DNA of 64,000 nt from Methanobacteriota archaeon (GTDB taxonomy: Archaea; Halobacteriota; Methanomicrobia; Methanomicrobiales; Methanospirillaceae), in the NCBI GenBank assembly GCA_029547605.1, contig JAKPPB010000003.1, positions 36,212 to 100,211 on the forward strand. Direction: 5' to 3'. Positions 57,668 to 64,000 of the stretch are shown piece after piece (position 1 is the stretch's first letter; each line of letters opens with the position of its first letter). The notes beneath the pieces are model-generated. The model was given only the letters and a program-made list of their open reading frames with translations, was not told where the DNA came from and ran no database searches. Made by a program: the position numbers and the translations under genes.

Positions 57668-58252
57668 ATGATCAATTGTGCCGGGTTTCTTGAGCGGTCA
57701 GGGGTGAATGGCCCCGGGCTCCGGGCGGTAGTCTGGGTCCAGGGCTGCCCCCTCAGGTGCCGGGGCTGCTTCAACCGGGACCTGTGGTCATTTGGGAAAA
57801 AGTGGCTCGTCAAAGAGGATGAACTGGCGGCACGCATCCTCGCAGTCCCTGGAATAGGAGGAGTCACGTTTTCAGGAGGTGAGCCGTTCTGCCAGGCAGC
57901 CCCCCTTGCAGTTCTCGGGAGGATGGTCCGCGAGTCGGGGATGTCAGTAGTCACGTTCAGCGGGTATCCCGCAGAGACGCTCCTGTCAAGCCGCAGAAAG
58001 GACTGGAGGGCGCTCCTGGAAGAGACCGACCTCCTCGTCGGAGGGCCCTTTTTCCGTGAATGCCGCACTCCGTCTTCGCTCTGCGCCTCCGCAAACCAGG
58101 AGATGGTCTCCCTCTCGGGAAGGATCACGCAGGGTCATGGAGGAGAAGAAGGGGGGACCGGTGTCGAGTTTACCATCGGACCCGGTGGCGAAGTGACCAC
58201 CACCGGGTTCCCGGAGAGGGAGATTCTCTTCTGCGGGCGGAGGTGTGCCTGA
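57668..58252 (+). CDS. NrdG/PflA-type radical-SAM activating-enzyme homologue (orphan: no glycyl-radical partner in window)
   Basis: 'SGVNGPGLRAVVWVQGCPLRCRGCFNRDLW' is the GCxxxCxGCxN cluster motif and 'GGVTFSGGEPF' is the SAM motif. 194 aa. An SD-like GGGGTG lies 8 nt upstream. Confidence 0.75.
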   Translation: MINCAGFLERSGVNGPGLRAVVWVQGCPLRCRGCFNRDLWSFGKKWLVKEDELAARILAVPGIGGVTFSGGEPFCQAAPLAVLGRMVRESGMSVVTFSGYPAETLLSSRRKDWRALLEETDLLVGGPFFRECRTPSSLCASANQEMVSLSGRITQGHGGEEGGTGVEFTIGPGGEVTTTGFPEREILFCGRRCA

Positions 58253-58255
58253 CCC

Positions 58256-58651
58256 ATGTCGCATTTTTCACGGGTGAAGACAGCCTTCAGGGACCGTTCA
58301 GTCCTTGCACAGTGCCTGGAGGAGATGGGCTACCAGGTCGAATGCGGGGGATCCGTCAGAGGATACCACGGTGTGCATCAGGTCGACCTGGCAGTTGCAG
58401 GACGGGATGGGTTCGGCGTGGGGTTCGTCCAGAACACCGACGGGTGCTACGACCTCCTTGCAGACTCGTGGGGAGTGAAGGGTGCGGACAGGAAGGTCCT
58501 TGAGAGATTGCGCCGGGACTATCCCCGCCTCCAGCAGGAATACGCAAGGAGGATGGTCCACGAGCAGGCCGTGCGTGAGGGCTACACCATGGTCGAAGAG
58601 GTGACGCAGGAGGACGGCAGTATCCGCATCGTGGTAAGGAGGTGGGCATGA
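58256..58651 (+). CDS. DUF1257 (Ycf35-like) protein
   Basis: 131 aa. 'MSHFSRVKTAFRDRSVLAQCLEEMGYQVE' and '...YDLLADSWG' match my memory of the DUF1257 N-terminal pattern. It starts 3 nt after the upstream stop, with SD GGAGGTG 10 nt upstream. Confidence 0.6.
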   Translation: MSHFSRVKTAFRDRSVLAQCLEEMGYQVECGGSVRGYHGVHQVDLAVAGRDGFGVGFVQNTDGCYDLLADSWGVKGADRKVLERLRRDYPRLQQEYARRMVHEQAVREGYTMVEEVTQEDGSIRIVVRRWA

Positions 58652-60216
58652 GTCCCGTGGGCGGAGAGCAGGACATCCCATCCCAGATCGACCTCTGCCT
58701 CCGGGCACGCATCACACTCCTCATCCTGCATACCGCGGAGGAGGAGAGGGCGATGCGCATGCTGCAGGACGTCTGCAGCCGTTTCTCCCCGAAAAGACCT
58801 TTTTTGGCCTGGGACATTGCGGAAGGGTTCTCAGGGGCAGGATATGGAGCAGGCAGGGGATCTCCTGCGAGAGACCCGCTCGTTGCCCTTGAAGAGATCG
58901 AGAAGACCGATGAGGCGGCCGTCATCGTGCTCAAGGATTTCCACGAGTTCTGGGGAAACCCCGGTGTGAAACGAAGGCTCCGGAACCTTGCCCAGAAGTT
59001 GCGGTTTACCCGGAGGACGATGGTGGTGGTAACTCCTTCTCTGAAGGTGCCTGATGAGATACGCGACGACGCCGTGGTGCTCCACGTGCCGCCGCCGTCT
59101 GCGAGGGAGCTTGAGCAGGAACTCGACCGGCTGCTGCGGGGGAGCGGGGTCGGCGATTCACTCACTCCCCTCGGTCGTGAGAAGTTGATACAGGCCGCGC
59201 TCGGGATGTCCCTCAACCAGGCATGCAGGTCGTTTGCGAAGGCGATCGTCCGTCACGGACGGCTCGATGACCGCGATATCGATGCCGTGGTCTCGGAGAA
59301 GAAAGACATCCTCTCCCAGAGCGAGGCCCTCGAGTTCTACAGCGCCACAGAGGCCGCGGAGAACGTGGGAGGCCTTGCGGTGCTCAAGGAGTGGCTCCGC
59401 CTCAGGGAGCGGGCCTTTTCACGCGAGGCGAGGGAATACGGGCTGCCTTCCCCCAAGGGCATCGCGCTGATTGGCATCCCCGGGACAGGAAAGAGCCTCA
59501 CGGCCAAGATGATTGCCGGGATGTGGAGGCTCCCGCTGCTCCGTCTCGACGTGGGAGCGCTCTTTGGGAGTTATGTGGGGGAGTCCGAGGAGCGGACGCG
59601 CCGCGCCCTTGCACTCGCCGAGACTATCTCTCCCTGCATCCTCTGGATCGACGAGATGGAGAAGGCGTTCTCCTTTGGAAACGGGGACTCGGGGACCAGC
59701 CAGCGGGTCTTCGCGAGCATCCTCACCTGGATGCAGGACAAGACCTCGCCCTGTTTCGTGGTGGCGACGGCCAACGACATCTCGGCACTCCCCCCCGAGC
59801 TCCTCCGCAAGGGTCGCTTTGACGAAGTGTTCTTCCTCGACCTCCCTTCCGTCGCGGAGCGCAGGGAGATCTTCTCGGTCCACCTGCGGAGGAGGGGACT
59901 TCTTCCGGACGATTTCGACCTGGATCACCTTGCGAGAGCGTCTGATGGGTACGTGGGTGCCGAGATCGAGCAGACAGTCATCGATGCCATGTACCACGCG
60001 TTCAACCAGGAGATGCGGCGGGTTTGCACTGGAGATATCCTCGCCGCGCTGGGTGCACAGGTGCCACTCTCGATCTCCCAGAAGGAGATCATCGGCGGAC
60101 TCCGGCAGTGGCTGACCGAGGGCAGGGCGCTCTCGGCATCCCCGCCATCGTCTCCTGCCGGCGTCTTGGGGGGTTCGATATGCCTTGAGCCTGTTCTCTC
60201 TCCCGGCGAACGGTGA
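58648..60216 (+). CDS. Ycf46-like AAA+ ATPase (classical-clade AAA module with about 250-aa N-domain)
   Basis: Motifs present are Walker A 'GIPGTGKSL', Walker B '[11 protein letters not shown]', sensor-1 'VVATAND' and the Arg-finger region '[16 protein letters not shown]'. ATG 58648 forms an ATGA overlap with the DUF1257 stop and is preceded by AAGGAGGTG. Confidence 0.8.
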   Translation: MSPVGGEQDIPSQIDLCLRARITLLILHTAEEERAMRMLQDVCSRFSPKRPFLAWDIAEGFSGAGYGAGRGSPARDPLVALEEIEKTDEAAVIVLKDFHEFWGNPGVKRRLRNLAQKLRFTRRTMVVVTPSLKVPDEIRDDAVVLHVPPPSARELEQELDRLLRGSGVGDSLTPLGREKLIQAALGMSLNQACRSFAKAIVRHGRLDDRDIDAVVSEKKDILSQSEALEFYSATEAAENVGGLAVLKEWLRLRERAFSREAREYGLPSPKGIALIGIPGTGKSLTAKMIAGMWRLPLLRLDVGALFGSYVGESEERTRRALALAETISPCILWIDEMEKAFSFGNGDSGTSQRVFASILTWMQDKTSPCFVVATANDISALPPELLRKGRFDEVFFLDLPSVAERREIFSVHLRRRGLLPDDFDLDHLARASDGYVGAEIEQTVIDAMYHAFNQEMRRVCTGDILAALGAQVPLSISQKEIIGGLRQWLTEGRALSASPPSSPAGVLGGSICLEPVLSPGER

Positions 60217-60223
60217 ATCATCC

Positions 60224-63076
60224 ATGCCCTCATTGGAACGGATGCTGGGGGGGATCTCATGCCGCGCACCCCTTTTCGGGAGGTTCATAAGGTCCTCTGC
60301 GGCAATGCAGCTGGCCACCGCTGCCAGGGAAGGAGACCACAGGGCTGTCCTCGCCCTCTGCCAAGCACTTTCCGGATCACCCTACCCTGAAGTGAAGAGA
60401 TTGGCCAGAGAATGTCTCACTTCGCTCGTTGCGCGTGAGGCGATCGACGCGCTTTGCGACCGCGTGATCGTGGACGGAGACCCCTGCCTCACACGCATCG
60501 CACTGGAACAGGGATACCTGCCCTGCAGCAAGGAGAAGCAGGCGCTCTTTTACTTCCTCTCCGGGCAGGCAGAGGCATGGCTTGAGCTCGACCCTCTCGA
60601 GTCTCATCCGCTCCTGACAAAGGCACTCATCGGTGCTTCAGCCCATGTCCGTGCCAGGGCGCTCGCTGCTGCCAGGGAGAAAGGGATGGTCAGTCTCTAT
60701 TGCGCCCTCGCGCGCCGTCCCGAGGCCATGGGGTGGTCACCTGAAGACTGGAGAGCTCACATGGAAGGATGCCGGAGAGAGAGTCAATGGGATGAGATCT
60801 ATGCGCTCCTCTTCCTCGCACCGATCGAGATTGTGGTCGAAGCGGTGCACGTCCTCCGTCTATCCGGGTGGAGGCCACCTGAGGGAGACCTCCCGCTCTG
60901 GAAGGACCTGCTCGCCCTGGTCCCGGACCGGTGGGAATACCCTGACCCGCCGCAGCCTCGACAAGGCGCACTTTCTGGTCCTGCCGGAAGGATCGATGAC
61001 GCCGTATTGTCTCCTGACGGAGCGCACCTTGCGACACTGAACTGCGACGGCACCCTGTGCCAGTGGTCCCTCCCACAGGGTATGCTCCTCTCGTCTGGCA
61101 GACCGGCGGGCGGCAGCGCCACGGCGATCGCATGCAGTCCGGACGGCCGTGCCCTCGCAATCGGGGCAGCGGACGGGTCAATCAGCATCGTAGAAATCGG
61201 GAGCGGCGCTCACATCCGCGAACTGCAGGCGCATGGCGCACCCGTCACGTCGGTTGCCTTTGCTGCCGGGAACAAAACCCTGTGCTCGGGAGGAAGTGAT
61301 GGGTCTGTCTGTTCATGGAACTGGCCGGAATGCAGTGGCGAGCACCGGAGGAGTGTCCATCGCGGAGCAGTCACGGCCGTTGCAGCCCACAGTGAGATGA
61401 TTGCTTCCGGCTGCAGGGATGGGACGGCAGCGATATGGAGAAATGGCGGGCATTACATCGAGATCGCGGGAACCGGGGATGCCATCCGGGGACTCGTCTT
61501 CTGCTGTGGTGGCGCGATCCTCGCAGGGATTGACGAGAGTGGGACATTTTATGCCTGGAATTCCGTCGACGGTACGCTCCGCACCCTCGTGCCGACCACT
61601 CCACGCCGGTTCATTGCATGGTGCGCTGTTCCTGGCGGCAATTTCGCTGCACTTGCCACAGATGACCACGCTGCTGTCCTGATCTCGCTCAGTTCCGGTG
61701 AGGTGGTGAGCCGCCTCGAGGTTCCGGGGCAGGGGATCACGTCCCTTGCACTCCACCCGGACGCAGACTTCATCATTGCGGGATGCCGCGACGGCTACCT
61801 CCACACATGGTCCCTCCGGGAGAGAGAGAGGGTCCAGGTGAGGAAGGCCCACGAAGGAATGGTCCGGCTTCTCGAAGTCGACAGGGCGGGGACGCGGGTG
61901 ACCAGTGCCGGGTGGGATGGGACCGCCAGGCTGTGGGCGCTCCCATCAGGTGAGCTGCTGACGATCATGCGGGGGCCCGGCGCTCCGATCCATTGCCTTG
62001 CATCCACCCCCGGAGGAGAGCTCATTGCCTGCGGGTGTGAGGGCGGCGTGCTCACGGTATGGGAGACGGGGACGCGGAAACTGGTGCATACGCTCAACCT
62101 CTTCTGCGGAAGGATCGAGTCCCTCGCGCTCCACCCTTCGGGAACCATGGCCGTGTGCGGCGATCAGGATGGCAGGGTCTCTCTCTGGGACCTTGTTACA
62201 GGGTCGTTACGCGCAACCCTTGACGGGCACGCAGGAAGGGTCCATGCCCTTGCAATCAACCGTGACGGGACTCTCCTCGCAAGCGGAGGCTGGGACGGCG
62301 CGGTCCGCCTCTGGTCACTTCCCGCAGGAGAGCCGGTCACCTCGCTCGGGGGACACGAGAGCCCGGTCACCTCGCTTGCGTTCTCGCCTTCCGGCACGTT
62401 CCTGGTGAGCGGTTCCCATGACCGGACCGCAATTGTATGGGACCTGAGATCGGGGGAGATGCATGCCCGCATGATAGGGCATTCGCACGTGGTCTCATGC
62501 CTCGGGATCACGGGGGACGGGAGGGTCCTTGCAACCGGGAGCTGGGATCGGACCATCAGGCTGTGGAGCATGCCCTCAGGCGAACCGCTGAAGACGATCC
62601 CGGGCCATGCGGGGAGAGTCCGTTCACTCTCGGTGCACCCCGACGGAAGTCTTCTCGCAAGCGCAGTCGATGGCGGAACATTCTCCCTCATCTCGCTTTC
62701 GGGAGGCAGACTCATCCGCACCCGCGTGGTCAGCGCCGACGCCCGCAATGGCATCTGCCTGCTCCCCTCCCAACACATGATGGCGGCTGCGGGCAGGGAC
62801 GGGTCACTCAGACTCTTTGGGATCCCCTGGACGAGGCCGATGTGCCAGACCACCCCTGCGGATATCGCGTACGTCCAGTCCTGCATCACGCGGGAACTCG
62901 CTCCAGGGCAGGCCGGGCAGTGGAAGTTCCTCGAGCGCCTCCTTGCAGGAAAGTTCCGCCTGAGCATCGCGTATGGCGGTTCGGGGATGCCTGCCGGACC
63001 GTACGATATTGAGATCATCGAAGAGCCGGATATCAGCGGGATGACCAGGAACGGGGTGAGTCTCCATGCCATGTAG
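60224..63076 (+). CDS. large WD40-repeat protein (N-terminal helical-repeat region plus about 14-15 WD40 units, i.e. two beta-propellers)
   Basis: Repeats were counted by eye, e.g. 'SGGSDGSVCSWNW', 'SAGWDGTARLWAL', 'SGGWDGAVRLWSL', 'SGSHDRTAIVWDL' and 'TGSWDRTIRLWSM'. The N-terminal about 270 aa are helical and HEAT/ARM-like. The first ATG is 7 nt after the AAA+ stop, and the track's TTG start is at 60185. Confidence 0.85.
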   Translation: MPSLERMLGGISCRAPLFGRFIRSSAAMQLATAAREGDHRAVLALCQALSGSPYPEVKRLARECLTSLVAREAIDALCDRVIVDGDPCLTRIALEQGYLPCSKEKQALFYFLSGQAEAWLELDPLESHPLLTKALIGASAHVRARALAAAREKGMVSLYCALARRPEAMGWSPEDWRAHMEGCRRESQWDEIYALLFLAPIEIVVEAVHVLRLSGWRPPEGDLPLWKDLLALVPDRWEYPDPPQPRQGALSGPAGRIDDAVLSPDGAHLATLNCDGTLCQWSLPQGMLLSSGRPAGGSATAIACSPDGRALAIGAADGSISIVEIGSGAHIRELQAHGAPVTSVAFAAGNKTLCSGGSDGSVCSWNWPECSGEHRRSVHRGAVTAVAAHSEMIASGCRDGTAAIWRNGGHYIEIAGTGDAIRGLVFCCGGAILAGIDESGTFYAWNSVDGTLRTLVPTTPRRFIAWCAVPGGNFAALATDDHAAVLISLSSGEVVSRLEVPGQGITSLALHPDADFIIAGCRDGYLHTWSLRERERVQVRKAHEGMVRLLEVDRAGTRVTSAGWDGTARLWALPSGELLTIMRGPGAPIHCLASTPGGELIACGCEGGVLTVWETGTRKLVHTLNLFCGRIESLALHPSGTMAVCGDQDGRVSLWDLVTGSLRATLDGHAGRVHALAINRDGTLLASGGWDGAVRLWSLPAGEPVTSLGGHESPVTSLAFSPSGTFLVSGSHDRTAIVWDLRSGEMHARMIGHSHVVSCLGITGDGRVLATGSWDRTIRLWSMPSGEPLKTIPGHAGRVRSLSVHPDGSLLASAVDGGTFSLISLSGGRLIRTRVVSADARNGICLLPSQHMMAAAGRDGSLRLFGIPWTRPMCQTTPADIAYVQSCITRELAPGQAGQWKFLERLLAGKFRLSIAYGGSGMPAGPYDIEIIEEPDISGMTRNGVSLHAM

Positions 63077-64000
63077 GGTCGCGGTCGATTTCGGCACTTC
63101 TAACACGGTGCTTGCCTGCTGGGACTATTCCCTCGGCTCTGCCCGGGTGCTCGAGATCCTCCGGTGGTCCCGCCCATGCAGAGACGGACAGGGCAGCATG
63201 GCACAGATCCCCTCACTCATCCATTACGGGGAGAGCGGGACGAGGTGGATAGGGCAGCAGGTAAACGACCTTGACCTGCTTGACTCCCCCGGGACGGTCC
63301 GCTGGATGAAGCACTACATCTCCACGCGGAGCCCTGTCAGGGTGCCGCTCCCCGGAGGGAGCAGGAGTTACATGGAGGCGGGTGCCGATTTCCTCGGGGC
63401 TGTCCTCTCAACGCTCCCGGAAGCGGCGGGCGATGGGGAGATCGAGGCAGTCTTTCCGGTGCCGGTGGAGTCATTTGAGCATTACCAGGACTGGGTGATC
63501 TCCCTTGCCGGTTCTGCGGGGATTGGGAAGGTACGGGTCGTGGATGAGGCGACCGCGGCTGCGGTAGCATCGGGCATTGCACTTGGGCCCGGGGAGGTGT
63601 TCATGCTCTTTGATATGGGGGGCGGGACACTCGATGTCTCGGTGGTCCGCCTCGACGAGATGGAGCCCGGCCAGGGCCGCCGTTGCAGGGTGCTTGGAAA
63701 AGCGGGTGAGGATCTCGGCGGGATGCGCATGGACCAGTGGATCTTCGAAGATATCTGCGAGAGGTTCGGGCCCGCCTTTGGTGGACGGGAAGGAAAGACG
63801 CTCACGCGCCCCCTTCTCTCTGCCTGCGAGCGTGCAAAGGAGATGCTCTCCCTCCAGAATGAGACTGAGATCTCCGTCGGTATTTTATCCGGCGGGGGAC
63901 AGGAATTCTCGACTCCCTACACAAGGGACGAGTTCGAGGGGCTGCTGGAGAGAAGAGGGGTCTTTCCCCGCCTGAACGCCACAATACAGAGAGCGCTCCA
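63066..64000 (+). CDS. non-canonical Hsp70/DnaK-superfamily ATPase, N-terminal part (runs off the window; absent from the supplied ORF track)
   Basis: My own translation from ATG 63066 is open to base 64000: MPCRVAVDFGTSNTVLACW... Motifs are 'VDEATAAAVA' and 'MLFDMGGGTLDVSVV' (phosphate-2) and 'GEDLGGMRMDQWI'. It overlaps the WD40 gene stop by 11 nt. An SD-like GGGGTGA lies 6 nt upstream. Confidence 0.8.
   Translation, partial: MPCRVAVDFGTSNTVLACWDYSLGSARVLEILRWSRPCRDGQGSMAQIPSLIHYGESGTRWIGQQVNDLDLLDSPGTVRWMKHYISTRSPVRVPLPGGSRSYMEAGADFLGAVLSTLPEAAGDGEIEAVFPVPVESFEHYQDWVISLAGSAGIGKVRVVDEATAAAVASGIALGPGEVFMLFDMGGGTLDVSVVRLDEMEPGQGRRCRVLGKAGEDLGGMRMDQWIFEDICERFGPAFGGREGKTLTRPLLSACERAKEMLSLQNETEISVGILSGGGQEFSTPYTRDEFEGLLERRGVFPRLNATIQRAL

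Noticed and set aside
63337-63984. Track ORFs 63337..63582 (minus), 63482..63805 (minus), 63577..63975 (plus) and 63802..63984 (minus) as genes at the window end.
   Set aside because: They are off-frame or antisense to the uninterrupted Hsp70-like reading frame starting at 63066, which has clear ATPase motifs.

Overview
The window is a gene-dense, high-GC archaeal chromosome segment. Marker genes (mch, RFA-P synthase, a methanogenesis-marker-12-like gene, porGDAB, EF-1alpha, L7Ae/S28e/L24e, Orc1/Cdc6, CetZ, PGF-CTERM protein) point to a methanogen, probably Methanomicrobiales (Methanoculleus-like); that assignment is an inference. Most of it is housekeeping: cobamide salvage (cobT, pgpA-like, cobS), translation (tuf, rps10, rpl7ae, rps28e, rpl24e, pheST, trpS, endA, tRNA-Val), central metabolism (por, apgM, thrC, hisF, ahcY, guaAA, ndk) and an envelope/glycosylation cluster. 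Five things stand out. (1) At 57.7-64.0 kb a tightly coupled five-gene module runs off the window edge: an orphan NrdG-like radical-SAM activase, DUF1257, a Ycf46-like AAA+ ATPase, a 950-aa helical-repeat plus roughly 14-15-unit WD40 protein, and a non-canonical Hsp70-like ATPase that is missing from the supplied ORF track. An AT-rich leader with three helically phased 11-nt repeats precedes it. I consider this the best candidate for an undescribed system. (2) A stand-alone Cas1 homologue sits at 1.0-1.95 kb with no cas2, no CRISPR array and no casposon features. (3) A roughly 190-bp MITE-like element occurs in three copies (18.7, 44.5, 47.3 kb), each with imperfect terminal inverted repeats and its own flanking duplication (8 bp and perfect for two copies, an approximate T-run for the third). 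(4) A repeat-rich 725-bp intergenic region at 6.6-7.35 kb contains a strongly conserved 44-nt core. (5) A DUF2298 gene appears to be frameshifted at its start. All calls rest on reading the sequence and the ORF translations by eye. No database search was run.
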